64,000 nt of DNA from an uncultured Clostridia bacterium. Lineage in GTDB: Bacteria > Bacillota > Clostridia > TANB77 > CAG-508. Positions 1 to 9,667 of the stretch are shown here, in pieces (the first letter of the stretch is position 1; every line of letters starts with the position of its first letter). The notes beneath the pieces were generated by a model that saw only the letters and a list, made by a program, of their open reading frames with translations, searched no databases and had not been told where the DNA came from. Location: the NCBI GenBank assembly GCA_934122115.1, contig CAKOVU010000001.1:215755-279754 (forward strand). The letters are read 5' to 3'. The position numbers and the translations under genes are program-made.

Positions 1-233
1 ATGCAAGAGATTAAAGCAAATGTAAATTGCCAAATAAGTGTGTATAATATCATGATTGTTATAGCTTTAACAGTATTATATGCTAGGTAATGCGCTTTAA
101 ATAGGCACTTTTTCAAAAAAATAAATAAAATTTAACATTTTATGTAGACAAAACCAAAAAATGGTAGTATAATAATAACTGTAGGTTAAAAAAATACAAA
201 ACTTTTGAAAAAAAGTAAGAGGAGGAAAATTAA

Positions 234-932
234 TTGGATACAACTTATTTAGAGAATAACCACATAGTATTGGTGGGAAAAGTTACTAGTGATAAAAGAT
301 TTAGTCACGAAATTTATGGAGAGAAATTTTACGTTTTTGATTTAAGCGTACCACGTTTAAGTGGAAATGATGATATTATACCAGTTACAATATCAGAAAG
401 ATTAATCCCAAATGACAACATAGAGATTAATAGCAAAATAATAGTTGAAGGTCAATTTAGATCTTACAATAGCTATGTAGATGGAAAGAACAAATTAGTA
501 TTAACAGTATTTGCAAAAGATATTAAATTCTTAGAAGATCAAGAATCAGAAGTTGAAGCAAAGAAAGATTTTGTTTCAAATGAAGTTACATTAATTGGTT
601 ATATATGCAAAAAACCAGTATACAGACAAACTCCATTTGGAAGAGAAATTGCAGATATATTGTTAGCAGTAAATAGAGCATACAGCAAATCTGATTATAT
701 ACCATGTATTGCATGGGGTAGAACAGCAAGATTTTGCGAGAACATGGAAGTTGGAACAGAAATAAAATTAATAGGTAGAGTTCAATCAAGAAATTATGAG
801 AAAAAATATGAAGATGGAACTAGTCAAATGAAAACAGCTTACGAAGTTTCTGTTGCAAGCTTAGAAGTAGTTAATAAAAATGACGAAGAAAAAGAAGAAG
901 TAAAAAAAGAAGAAAATGAAGAGGCTATATAA
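234..932 (+). CDS. Two tandem OB-fold, SSB-like domains (single-stranded DNA-binding protein family)
   Basis: Internal duplication of an SSB-type OB-fold with an acidic C-terminal tail. AGGAGG RBS at 219-226. Terminator follows. Confidence 0.45.
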   Translation: MDTTYLENNHIVLVGKVTSDKRFSHEIYGEKFYVFDLSVPRLSGNDDIIPVTISERLIPNDNIEINSKIIVEGQFRSYNSYVDGKNKLVLTVFAKDIKFLEDQESEVEAKKDFVSNEVTLIGYICKKPVYRQTPFGREIADILLAVNRAYSKSDYIPCIAWGRTARFCENMEVGTEIKLIGRVQSRNYEKKYEDGTSQMKTAYEVSVASLEVVNKNDEEKEEVKKEENEEAI

Positions 933-973
933 TAAGATAAATAGATAAACATATAAAAATATCCTTTAAGATG

Positions 974-1020
974 AAAATAGAATCTATGATATTAGAAAAT
1001 ATTATAGATTCTATTTTTTA
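974..1020. terminator. Rho-independent terminator (bidirectional hairpin aatagaatctat/atagattctatt plus T-run)
   Basis: 12-bp perfect inverted repeat followed by tttttt, seen directly. Confidence 0.6.
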
Positions 1021-1022
1021 TA

Positions 1023-1174
1023 TTATTGTTTTTTAGATGGTGGAATAATTATTTTATTGCTATCATTAACCTCTGAATTAGGTTCATCAACATTTAAATG
1101 TTCATATACTTTTGAAATGTCTAAATCCTTGCCATCTCCTGATACGATTTTTATTTTATTAGATTTATCACTCA
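1023..1174 (-). CDS. Small hypothetical protein (about 50 aa, MSDKSNKIKIV...); the ORF-track start at 1205 is probably too long
   Basis: ATG with AGGAGA RBS 7 nt upstream on the minus strand. Lies downstream of the leftward promoter of switch 1. Confidence 0.3.
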
Positions 1175-1344
1175 TAGTAAAATCTCCTATCCAATCTTTT
1201 ATCAACTAAATATATAATAGCAAAAAATAGCTATTTTGTCAAAGACGAAATAAATAGAAAATAAAAATGGATATAATACTTGAAATAAATAAAACATATT
1301 GTTATACTATAATCGATAAAATAGTAAGCAATATGTTTGGTTAT

Positions 1345-1562
1345 TTCCTTAAGTTATATACTTAAAGAAATATTTCGATACGAAAATTATATCAATAAAA
1401 GCTTGATATTTCAAGCAAAATTCAGAAAAAATAATTGCAATTTTTTTGAATTAATTTGAATCAGTTTGAAAAATGAGTAAAAACGCTGCAAGCTAGTATC
1501 TTCAAATATTATAGCAAAAATATTTCAAAAAAATCTTTTCGTTAAGTATATAACTTAAGGAA
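1345..1562. promoter_or_regulatory. Invertible DNA switch 1: inverted 25-bp core sites (ttccttaag-ttatata-cttaaagaa at 1345-1369; ttcgttaag-tatataa-cttaaggaa at 1538-1562) flanking a segment of about 170 bp
   Basis: Outer arms are perfect inverted repeats; the 7-bp spacers are exact reverse complements of each other (asymmetric overlap). Same architecture at 3621-3823 and 12578-12791. Confidence 0.8.
1386..1414 (-). promoter_or_regulatory. Sigma-A promoter inside switch 1 (TTGAAA-17-TGaTATAAT, extended -10), currently directed away from the 1624 gene
   Basis: Near-consensus -35, 17-bp spacer and TGnTATAAT read on the minus strand. Identical at the homologous position in switches 2 and 3. Confidence 0.7.
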
Positions 1563-1623
1563 GTTGGAAAAGATAATAAAAACATAGTAATACCAAAGAA
1601 AATAAGGAAAGGAAATTAATATA

Positions 1624-3318
1624 ATGAAAAACTTGAATATTGAAGTCGAAGAAAATAAAAAAGGAATTACATTAGTTGCATTAGTAGTAACAATAGTAGT
1701 TTTATTAATACTGGCAGGAGTAAGCCTGAACTTATTAATAGGCAATAATGGAATAATAACGAGAGCACAACAAGCCAAGATAAGTAATGACCTAAGTTCA
1801 TATAAAGAGCAACTAGCAATGTTCATAGCAGAAAAGAAAGTAGAAAATCCAGAGTTTTATGAATCAAGCCTAACAGCAGGAAAGAATAATTTATATTATA
1901 ATACCAAAACATCAGAAGACGAAAAAACAATAAAAGACATAATCAATGATGTAAAAGATGAGTATTTAGACAGCCTAGAAGTAATAAAAGGAAAGCTAAT
2001 AATAAATACACAAGATAAAAATATAATAAAGGTGGCTCAAACAGTGGGAGTAGAACCAAATCCATATGATATAAGAAATGGAGTATTACAATCATCAGAT
2101 GGTAATTTATTATTAATGGATGAGAATGGAACATTAAGGATTCCGGATAGTGTAACAGAAATAGGAGAAGGAGCATTTTCTGGAATAGAAGGACTAAAAA
2201 CAATAATAATACCAGGGACAGTAAAAACTATAGCTACTAGTGCTTTTTCATTTAATACAACACTTGAAACAGTAATACTAGAAGAAGGAGTAGAGAATAT
2301 AGGCAATCAAGCATTTAATGGATGTAGCAATATAAAAAATGTGAACTTGCCAGAATCATTAAAAAGAATTGGAAATTTAGCTTTCTATCAATGCAGTAAA
2401 TTAGAAACAGTAACGATACCAGGAAATATACAAGATATAGGGAGTTATGCGTTTTCCGCATGTAGCATCTTAGATAATGTGGTACTGGAAAATGGAAATA
2501 AATTAATAAGCAATGAATGCTTTTCATATTGTTCAAATTTAACTAATATAACAATTCCAAGCACAGTAACAAGTATTAATGCATCTGCTTTTAGATATTG
2601 CACAAAACTAAACAAAATTATATTAAAAGAGAATAAGAGTTATACATTTTCTGATGGAATATTAAAAACGTCAGATGGTAAGCAGGTTGTATTTATGACT
2701 GATGAATTACTAGCAGGAACAAGCACGTTAGATATTCCAGAGGGGGTAACCAATTTTGGTATGGATGTTGCTGCGTATAAAAATATAAAACAAATAAAAA
2801 TACCATCTACATTGGAAAGTATATGTGAGGCAAACTATTTTCCGAATACTGTAAGTGATGTAATAGTAGACTCAAAAAATACCCAATATGTGGCAGAAAA
2901 TGGCATATTATATACGAAAGTAGGTAAAGAAGTAATAATGTGCTATTCAAAAGAAAAGGATATAAATATTCAAGAAGGAATATTAAGATTAAATGTATCC
3001 TCTTTTAATCAAGCTGAAAAAGCAGAAAATATTATTTTACCGGAAAGCTTAAAAGCTATTGAATATACGGCTTTTTCATCGCTAAATAATTGTAAAAAAA
3101 TAGTGATAGGAAAAAAAGTATCAGAAATTAGTCCTGTATTTAAATATGGCAATTATGCAGGGACAATTGAAATAAACAGTGAGAATCCATATTATATAGT
3201 GGAAAATAATATATTGTATTCAAAAGATAAAAAGAGATTAGTATGTGCTTTAAGCAAAATAGAAGGAACATTTACTGTATCAGAAGGCGTAGAAACAATA
3301 CGGATATTATGCTTTTGA
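1624..3318 (+). CDS. Pilin-like N-terminus (class III signal/N-methylation-like segment KGITLVALVVTIVVLLILAGVS) fused to a BspA-type leucine-rich-repeat domain; reading frame breaks near 3300
   Basis: N-terminus conserved with four paralogues. Repeats of the IPxxVTxIGxxAFxxCxxL type. Confidence 0.7.
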   Translation: MKNLNIEVEENKKGITLVALVVTIVVLLILAGVSLNLLIGNNGIITRAQQAKISNDLSSYKEQLAMFIAEKKVENPEFYESSLTAGKNNLYYNTKTSEDEKTIKDIINDVKDEYLDSLEVIKGKLIINTQDKNIIKVAQTVGVEPNPYDIRNGVLQSSDGNLLLMDENGTLRIPDSVTEIGEGAFSGIEGLKTIIIPGTVKTIATSAFSFNTTLETVILEEGVENIGNQAFNGCSNIKNVNLPESLKRIGNLAFYQCSKLETVTIPGNIQDIGSYAFSACSILDNVVLENGNKLISNECFSYCSNLTNITIPSTVTSINASAFRYCTKLNKIILKENKSYTFSDGILKTSDGKQVVFMTDELLAGTSTLDIPEGVTNFGMDVAAYKNIKQIKIPSTLESICEANYFPNTVSDVIVDSKNTQYVAENGILYTKVGKEVIMCYSKEKDINIQEGILRLNVSSFNQAEKAENIILPESLKAIEYTAFSSLNNCKKIVIGKKVSEISPVFKYGNYAGTIEINSENPYYIVENNILYSKDKKRLVCALSKIEGTFTVSEGVETIRILCF

Positions 3319-3328
3319 CGTTCAAAAT

Positions 3329-3565
3329 TTGATGAGTGAAGTTATAATAAATGAAGGAGTGAAAACAATAGAAGATACAGCTTTTTCACAGTGCACAAAT
3401 TTGCAAAGAATAGAAATTCCAAGCACAGTTACAAGTATTGGAAAAAATACATTTGAAAGGTGCATTAATTTATCAAACATAGTTATAAATAATAAAGAAG
3501 ACTCGATAGGTGGTGCACCATGGGGAGCACCAAAAGGAATGAGAGCAATAACCTGGAAAAAATAA
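3329..3565 (+). pseudogene. C-terminal LRR repeat continuing the 1624 gene in another frame (apparent +1 frameshift near 3297-3305; atacggatat versus expected ataggatat)
   Basis: Frame 2 upstream of 3329 reads ...QYGYYAFDVQNLMSEVIINEGVKTIEDTAF, the same LRR unit type. Could be a genuine pseudogene or a sequencing error. Confidence 0.5.
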
Positions 3566-3587
3566 TTGAATAAAAAGTAAAGCATAT

Positions 3588-3620
3588 TGCCGGCGAAACT
3601 GAACAATATGTTTTATTTTT
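3588..3620 (+). terminator. Terminator hairpin (catattg...caatatg) plus T-run
   Basis: Inverted repeat followed by ttttattttttt. Confidence 0.45.
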
Positions 3621-3823
3621 TTCGTTAAGTAATAAACTTAACGAAAGTGTTTATATAAAAATTATAGCAATAAAACAGTGGTATTTCAATAAAAGTAAAA
3701 GAATAAATAAAGTTGCAAAATGATAAAAAATTTAAAAAAATAAAAATATAAACTTCTTGAAATCATTTAGTTCCAATGTATTCAAGGTTTTTAGTTACTT
3801 CCTTAAGTTTATTACTTAACGAA
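3621..3823. promoter_or_regulatory. Invertible DNA switch 2 (core sites ttcgttaag-taataaa-cttaacgaa at 3621-3645 and ttccttaag-tttatta-cttaacgaa at 3799-3823)
   Basis: Sequence-variant arms and spacer but identical 9-7-9 architecture. Spacers are reverse complements; outer arms are perfect inverted repeats. Confidence 0.75.
3661..3689 (-). promoter_or_regulatory. Sigma-A promoter inside switch 2 (TTGAAA-17-TGcTATAAT), facing away from the 3882 gene
   Basis: Seen directly; homologous position to the switch 1 and 3 promoters. Confidence 0.7.
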
Positions 3824-3881
3824 AAATTAGAATTAGAGGGAACATAGAAGTAGCAAGGAAAACAAGCAAAGGAGCAAAAAA

Positions 3882-5714
3882 ATGAAAGAAGCAAGAGATG
3901 AAAAAGGGGTCACTTTATTAGAATTAACAATAACAATTACGGTATTGCTAATATTGGCAAGTGTTACAACACAATTGGGTTTAGGTAAAACGATGGAATT
4001 AAAAAGATATAATGCAGTAAAGAGCGATATAATAGAATTAACAGAGGCGGTTCAAACATATTATATGGAAAAAGGAGAGTTACCACTAGAAGATGCAGTT
4101 ACACAAGTAGAATTTACACCGCCAGAGGATAATAAAAATCCAAATGACAGTGGAGAATATTATGAAATAGATGTAAGTTTGCTAGAGAGTGTAAATATTC
4201 AGAATAAGAGAAATACATATATAGTGGATAAACAGAGTTTAACAGTGTATTGCCAAGAAGGAATAGAATATCAAGGAAAAACATATTACACGATACTGGA
4301 CAATAATGAGACAACAGATTATTATAATCAAGTAGATTTACCAATAATTTCAATAGTTACGTTTGAAAGTGATAATAGCATAAACAAGTATTGGGCAACG
4401 GAAGGAGACACAGTAACACTAAAGCTATTTACAAATTATGAAATAGATCCAACAGTAATTATAAATGGAACAAACGCAAATATAGAATGGAGTGAAGATA
4501 AAAGAATTGGAACAGCAACATATAAGATAGGAGAAATAAAAACACCAGATACAAAAATAGAGTTTAGCATATCGAATTACACAGCAAATGGAAAAGAAGG
4601 AGAAACGATAAACAAGCCAACATTTTCTGATGGAGTAACATTAAAAATGAATACATGGGAAATAATGAAAGTAAGCTTAAATACAGAAGCAATAGGAAAC
4701 GGAACAATAAATGGAGGTACACCAAACACCAATAATCCAATAATACCAAGGGGATACATACCAATAAATACAGGGAATGCCACATGGGGAGATGGAAGTT
4801 CTGCACCAACACAAAGTTCAGTAGATAACGGTCTAGTAATAAAAGATAGTAAAGGAAATGAATGGGTGTGGGTTCCAGTAGAAAAAAGCATATTGTCTAA
4901 AATGTATACAAAATCAAACGGAGAAAATATTACTGGAATTACAGGAGTAACGACTAAATTATATACAAATTCTACAACAATAGGAAGAGCGGGTGATACA
5001 GTAACCCTAACGAGAAGCCTACCAAATACAACCGATTATAGAGAACCGGATTTTATAGTTGGAGATAACAGTACGGATTATGACAAAAATGAAATCTACT
5101 ATAAAACAATATTAGGATTTGATACATCAGAGGCGATGGCAGAAGCATTTATTAGTGATTATGCTGATATGATAACTAGTATAGAAACATATGGTGGGTT
5201 TTATATCGGAAGATATGAATTATCAAATGAAGGGGTGCAAAAAGGAAAAGCAACATTAACCAATAAAAATTGGTATGAATTATACAAAAAATGTACAGAA
5301 TTAAAAGCAAGTGAAAAAGTAGAAAGTAGGATGATATGGGGAATTCAATGGGATTTAACATGTGATTTTATATCTAAAAAGGGTGAAAAAAAGAGCATAA
5401 CAAATTCTACTACTTGGGGAAATTATAATAACAGTACAGGAAATGCAGCTGTAATGGAAGGAACAGCCAAAAAATATGGAAGTAAGCAAGTAACAGGATA
5501 TAGTGAATACTGGAAGGCAAACAATATATATGACTTTGCAGGAAACTGTTGGGAATGGAGTCAAGAGGCTATACGTATTATAAACCGTACCCATAGAGGT
5601 GGTGTTTATGGTCAAGATGGTTTAAGTGAACCAGCATCTATTCGTAGCTATAGTTGGGCAAGTTATAGTAATGGTAGTGATTTGGGTTCTCGACCGATTT
5701 TAATAATAAAATAG
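3882..5714 (+). CDS. Pilin-like N-terminus (G|VTLLELTITITVLLILA with Glu+5) fused to an FGE-sulfatase/SUMF1-type (C-type-lectin fold) C-terminal domain, 610 aa
   Basis: Canonical prepilin-type class III signal. C-terminal motifs NNIYDFAGNCWEW and RGG of the FGE/DUF323 family. Confidence 0.7.
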   Translation: MKEARDEKGVTLLELTITITVLLILASVTTQLGLGKTMELKRYNAVKSDIIELTEAVQTYYMEKGELPLEDAVTQVEFTPPEDNKNPNDSGEYYEIDVSLLESVNIQNKRNTYIVDKQSLTVYCQEGIEYQGKTYYTILDNNETTDYYNQVDLPIISIVTFESDNSINKYWATEGDTVTLKLFTNYEIDPTVIINGTNANIEWSEDKRIGTATYKIGEIKTPDTKIEFSISNYTANGKEGETINKPTFSDGVTLKMNTWEIMKVSLNTEAIGNGTINGGTPNTNNPIIPRGYIPINTGNATWGDGSSAPTQSSVDNGLVIKDSKGNEWVWVPVEKSILSKMYTKSNGENITGITGVTTKLYTNSTTIGRAGDTVTLTRSLPNTTDYREPDFIVGDNSTDYDKNEIYYKTILGFDTSEAMAEAFISDYADMITSIETYGGFYIGRYELSNEGVQKGKATLTNKNWYELYKKCTELKASEKVESRMIWGIQWDLTCDFISKKGEKKSITNSTTWGNYNNSTGNAAVMEGTAKKYGSKQVTGYSEYWKANNIYDFAGNCWEWSQEAIRIINRTHRGGVYGQDGLSEPASIRSYSWASYSNGSDLGSRPILIIK

Positions 5715-5718
5715 AAAT

Positions 5719-5833
5719 ATTACGAAAAAAGTACGTAAACGGAAAAAATTCGTAATGAAATATTGAATAAATTATGAAAATTTGATATAATTATTACGAA
5801 AAAGTTCCATAAACGGAAAAAATTCGTAATGAA
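5719..5833. repeat. Two direct copies of a 41-bp hairpin-containing repeat (attacgaaaaaagtacgtaaacggaaaaaattcgtaatgaa), each with an 8-bp stem attacgaa/ttcgtaat
   Basis: Copies at 5719-5759 and 5794-5833 differ at 3 positions. Confidence 0.6.
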
Positions 5834-5842
5834 GGTTAAGAT

Positions 5843-7087
5843 ATGGAAATAGAAAGAAATTTTTATTTAAATGAATTAATAGATAGGATGGATAATGGAC
5901 TCATTAAAATAGTTACAGGGATAAGAAGATGTGGAAAGTCTTATTTGCTTGATCCAATATTTAAAAATTACCTTTTGGAGCAAGGAATAGAAGCTAATCA
6001 CATTATAAAATTAAGTTTAGATGAAAGAGCAAATAGCAAATATTTAAATCCAGATGAACTTGACCAATATGTAAGAAGCTTAATTGTTGATGACAAAAAA
6101 TATTATTTGTTACTAGATGAAATTCAAGAGGTTAAAGAGTTTGAGTCAGTCTTAATTGGATTTATGCATATAACCAATGTAGAGATCTATGTAACTGGAA
6201 GTAATTCAAAGTTTTTATCATCAGATATTGTTACAGAATTCAGAGGCAGAGGTGATGAAATAAGGGTTTATCCTCTATCTTTTGATGAATTCTTTTCAGT
6301 ATTTGATGGAAGCGAAGAAAAGGCTTTAAATGAATATTATACTTATGGAGGATTGCCATTAACTTTATTAGCTAAAACAGATAATGCAAAAATAAATTAT
6401 CTAAAAACGCAGAAAGAAAACGTTTATATCAATGACATTATTGAAAAAAATAATGTGCAAAACAAAGAAAAATTTGAAATGCTTGTACAAATAATTGCAT
6501 CAGATATAGGGTGTTTAACAAATCCATTAAAATTATCAAATGTGTTTAAAGAAAGAGATACAAGCTCAAGCATGACTGATAAAACAATATACAATTATTT
6601 GGGATACTTACAAGATGCATTTATGATAGAAAAAGCGAGACGTTTTGATGTAAGAGGGAAAAAATTTATAGAAACTCCACAAAAGTATTATTTTACAGAT
6701 ATGGGAATTAGAAATTCGTTTCTAGATTTTAGACAAAGTGAGGAAATATCTCATACGATGGAAAACGTAATATATTTAGAATTGCGAAAACGTGGATATA
6801 ATGTTGATGTTGGTTCTGTTGAAATAAGAGAGGGCGATAGCAAAAAGCAGCTTGAAATTGATTTTGTAGCCAATAAGGGAAATAACAAGATTTATATCCA
6901 ATCTGCATTAGAGATGAAAACGGCTGAAAAAGTTGAACAAGAACAAAAATCATTATTAAATGTAAACGATTTCTTTAAAAAAATAATAATTGTAGGAGAT
7001 AATGTTAAAAAGTCTCGCTATGAAAATGGAATAATAATAATGAGTATATATGATTTTCTATTAGATAAAAATAGTTTGGAATATTAA
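5843..7087 (+). CDS. AAA-family ATP-binding protein (AAA_14 plus DUF4143 type)
   Basis: Walker A GIRRCGKS, Walker B LLLDEIQ; typical 410-aa architecture. Confidence 0.7.
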   Translation: MEIERNFYLNELIDRMDNGLIKIVTGIRRCGKSYLLDPIFKNYLLEQGIEANHIIKLSLDERANSKYLNPDELDQYVRSLIVDDKKYYLLLDEIQEVKEFESVLIGFMHITNVEIYVTGSNSKFLSSDIVTEFRGRGDEIRVYPLSFDEFFSVFDGSEEKALNEYYTYGGLPLTLLAKTDNAKINYLKTQKENVYINDIIEKNNVQNKEKFEMLVQIIASDIGCLTNPLKLSNVFKERDTSSSMTDKTIYNYLGYLQDAFMIEKARRFDVRGKKFIETPQKYYFTDMGIRNSFLDFRQSEEISHTMENVIYLELRKRGYNVDVGSVEIREGDSKKQLEIDFVANKGNNKIYIQSALEMKTAEKVEQEQKSLLNVNDFFKKIIIVGDNVKKSRYENGIIIMSIYDFLLDKNSLEY

Positions 7088-7095
7088 TGAACTAG

Positions 7096-7128
7096 AACCT
7101 TAAGGAATTCCTTAAGGTCCTCTTTTTT
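7096..7128 (+). terminator. Terminator: perfect 20-bp palindrome ccttaaggaattccttaagg plus T-run
   Basis: Seen directly. Confidence 0.6.
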
Positions 7129-7143
7129 GACAATAAAAATCCT

Positions 7144-7172
7144 TGACAAATTAATAGCATATTGATAATATA
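7144..7172 (+). promoter_or_regulatory. Putative sigma-A promoter TTGACA-17-TAATAT
   Basis: Consensus -35 and 17-bp spacer upstream of an AGGAGGA RBS for 7198. Confidence 0.4.
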
Positions 7173-7197
7173 AAATAGCAGATAACTAGGAGGATAT

Positions 7198-7740
7198 GTG
7201 ATGAGCTTTTTTGAAATTTTTTATCCTAAAAAGCATATAAATAATGTATTAGATATAGAGTACAATTTCTTACAGGAGAACGGAATTGAAGCATTATTAT
7301 TGGATATAGATAATACATTAATTGATTATGATAATAATCTACTAGAAGGGTTAGAAAATTGGGTAGAAAATTTGAAAAGGAAGAACATAAAATTTTGCAT
7401 ATTATCAAATACTAATAAAAAGCAGAAAGCGGAGAAGTTATCAAAAAAATTTGGTATTCCATATGTGTTTTTTGCAACGAAACCATTAAAAAGAGGCTTT
7501 TATAAGGCAAAGGAAATTTTAAAAATACAAGATAATACGAAAATTGCAGTTGTGGGTGACCAAATAATGACAGATGTATTGGGTGCAAATAGGTGCAAAA
7601 TGTATTCAATATTAGTTACTCCGATAAAGAATAAAGATATATTTGTTACAAAGATAAATAGAGTTATAGAAAAAAAAATATTAAAAAAATACTATAAAGA
7701 CAAGATGAAAGATAAGAGGGATACGAATGTACATAAATGA
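7198..7740 (+). CDS. HAD-superfamily phosphatase, YqeG family
   Basis: LLDIDNTL motif I and GDQIMTDVLGAN motif. Confidence 0.7.
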   Translation: MMSFFEIFYPKKHINNVLDIEYNFLQENGIEALLLDIDNTLIDYDNNLLEGLENWVENLKRKNIKFCILSNTNKKQKAEKLSKKFGIPYVFFATKPLKRGFYKAKEILKIQDNTKIAVVGDQIMTDVLGANRCKMYSILVTPIKNKDIFVTKINRVIEKKILKKYYKDKMKDKRDTNVHK

Positions 7741-8464
7741 TATAAATATTTTATATTTTTTAGGAATAGGAATTTTAGGATTATTAGTAGGGCAGTTTGT
7801 AGATTGGTGTAATATTAGATTGTTAGAGCACAAAAAAGTTTTTAGTAAAGAATTTTTTTCGGTATATATGAAACAATTTAAGCCTAAATACAGCTACATG
7901 TGTGCAATGGCTATTATATATGTAGGGATAATGTATACAAGTGCATTTTCGCTAAAGGCATTGGCATATTACATATTAGCACCAATGCTAATGAGTGCTT
8001 TGATAATAGATTATAAAGAACAGATAATTCCTAATAGGTTAAATCTAACAATTTTTGAAGTTGGATTAGCATACACGTTTTTGGAAGGAATAGTAAATAT
8101 AAATGTTGCAATAAATATGCTTTTAGGAATGATTGTTGGAGCTGGAATATTTTTGCTTATAACTTTTATAGGAGGTCTTATTGCAGGTAAAGAAGCGATG
8201 GGTTTCGGAGATGTAAAGCTTATGGGAGCTTTAGGATTATTTTTTGGATGGCAAACAATAATTATTATTTCACTTTTTGCATTCTTGATGGGAGCAATAA
8301 TTGGAGTTTTATTGATTGTAAGCAAGAAAAAATCAACACAGGATTATATTCCATTTGGACCATTCATAGTAATAGCAGCTATAATAGCAATGTTTGTACC
8401 ATTTAATATTTTATTATTAGCATCATTAAAAATATTCACATTAGGAACATATACAGGAGCATAA
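7727..8464 (+). CDS. Type IV prepilin peptidase (A24 family)
   Basis: Polytopic membrane protein with the GFGDVKLMGALG motif. Confidence 0.75.
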   Translation: MYINDINILYFLGIGILGLLVGQFVDWCNIRLLEHKKVFSKEFFSVYMKQFKPKYSYMCAMAIIYVGIMYTSAFSLKALAYYILAPMLMSALIIDYKEQIIPNRLNLTIFEVGLAYTFLEGIVNINVAINMLLGMIVGAGIFLLITFIGGLIAGKEAMGFGDVKLMGALGLFFGWQTIIIISLFAFLMGAIIGVLLIVSKKKSTQDYIPFGPFIVIAAIIAMFVPFNILLLASLKIFTLGTYTGA

Positions 8465-8487
8465 AATGAAAAGAGGGTGTAATCTTT

Positions 8488-9561
8488 ATGAATAGTAATT
8501 TACGTTGGCTAAGAGACAAAATAAAAATGCAAAATCTTCAAGGTATAATAATATCAAACCCAATAAATGTAAAATATTTGGTAGGGATAGAAGCTGAGGG
8601 AACTCTGCTGATTACTCCAAAAGAAAATATTTATATAACAGATGGAAGATATATAGAAAGTGTTAATAAAACACTAACTCTAGATGATGAGATAATTGTG
8701 TATGATATGAAAAATCTTACTAAAGACGATTACGAGAATTTTTTCTTATTTTGTGAAAACGTTGGATTTGAAGAGGAGTATGTAACGTATGCTAGATATA
8801 AAGAATTCATGCATAAATATAAGATTAATAGCCTAAATGAAACTGAGGGTATAATAGAAAAGCAGAGAATGATTAAGGATTCTGAGGAAATAGAGCTAAT
8901 AAGAAAAGCATGTGAAATAACAGATAATTGCTTTGAATATTTGAAAAGCTATATCAAAGTAGGAATCACAGAAAAGCAAATAGCAAAGGAAATAGAAAAC
9001 TTTTTTATAAGTAATGGAGCAGAAGGTGTTTCGTTTGAAACAATAGTAGCATCTGGGGCAAATTCTTCAAAACCTCATGCAGTTCCAACAGATAAAGCGA
9101 TAGAATCAGGGGATCCGATTACAATAGACATGGGTTGCATATATAAAGGTTATTGTTCAGATATGACAAGAACAATATTTGCACAATATGTTCCAGAAGA
9201 AATAAAACCTGTTTATGAGCTAGTATTAAAGAATCAGAAACAAGTAATAAATGAGATAAGAGAAGGAGTTAATTTAAAAATAGTTAGCAGAATGGTAGAA
9301 AATGACTTCAAATTGCATGGATATGATTGCATACATGCATTAGGGCACGGTGTTGGTATGGAAATACATGAATTACCATTTATTAGTTCTAAAGTAGATT
9401 TTATGGTTAAACCAAATATGGTGATAACAGATGAACCAGGAATATATGTGCCAGGAAAGTTTGGAGTAAGAATAGAAGACACTTTAGTTGCTTATAAAGC
9501 AATGAGTGAAGCACTAACAAAATCAGAGAAAGATTATGTAATAGTTGACAAAAAGAGCTAA
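8488..9561 (+). CDS. M24 family Xaa-Pro aminopeptidase/dipeptidase
   Basis: HGVGMEIHE metal-binding motif and creatinase-like N-domain. Confidence 0.75.
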   Translation: MNSNLRWLRDKIKMQNLQGIIISNPINVKYLVGIEAEGTLLITPKENIYITDGRYIESVNKTLTLDDEIIVYDMKNLTKDDYENFFLFCENVGFEEEYVTYARYKEFMHKYKINSLNETEGIIEKQRMIKDSEEIELIRKACEITDNCFEYLKSYIKVGITEKQIAKEIENFFISNGAEGVSFETIVASGANSSKPHAVPTDKAIESGDPITIDMGCIYKGYCSDMTRTIFAQYVPEEIKPVYELVLKNQKQVINEIREGVNLKIVSRMVENDFKLHGYDCIHALGHGVGMEIHELPFISSKVDFMVKPNMVITDEPGIYVPGKFGVRIEDTLVAYKAMSEALTKSEKDYVIVDKKS

Positions 9562-9667
9562 AAGACTTGATTTTTGGCTTGAAATGTAGTATTATAGTAT
9601 AGTCGTACATAATTTATGAAAATTATTAATAAAATAAATAATAAAAATTTTGAAAGGGGTAATAATA

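Noticed and set aside
1542-1826. Minus-strand ORFs antisense to the pilin N-termini (1542-1826, 12784-13155, 25839-26048, 55566-55856)
   Set aside because: They are reverse translations of the hydrophobic pilin signal segment (…RLTPASI.KTTIVTT.A.NVIPF…). This is a mirror artefact of the conserved plus-strand coding sequence.
7098-7117. Perfect palindrome ccttaaggaattccttaagg resembling the switch half-site ttccttaag
   Set aside because: It is a single symmetric site followed by a T-run at a gene end, with no partner site. Most simply a rho-independent terminator, and CTTAAG-rich by AT bias.
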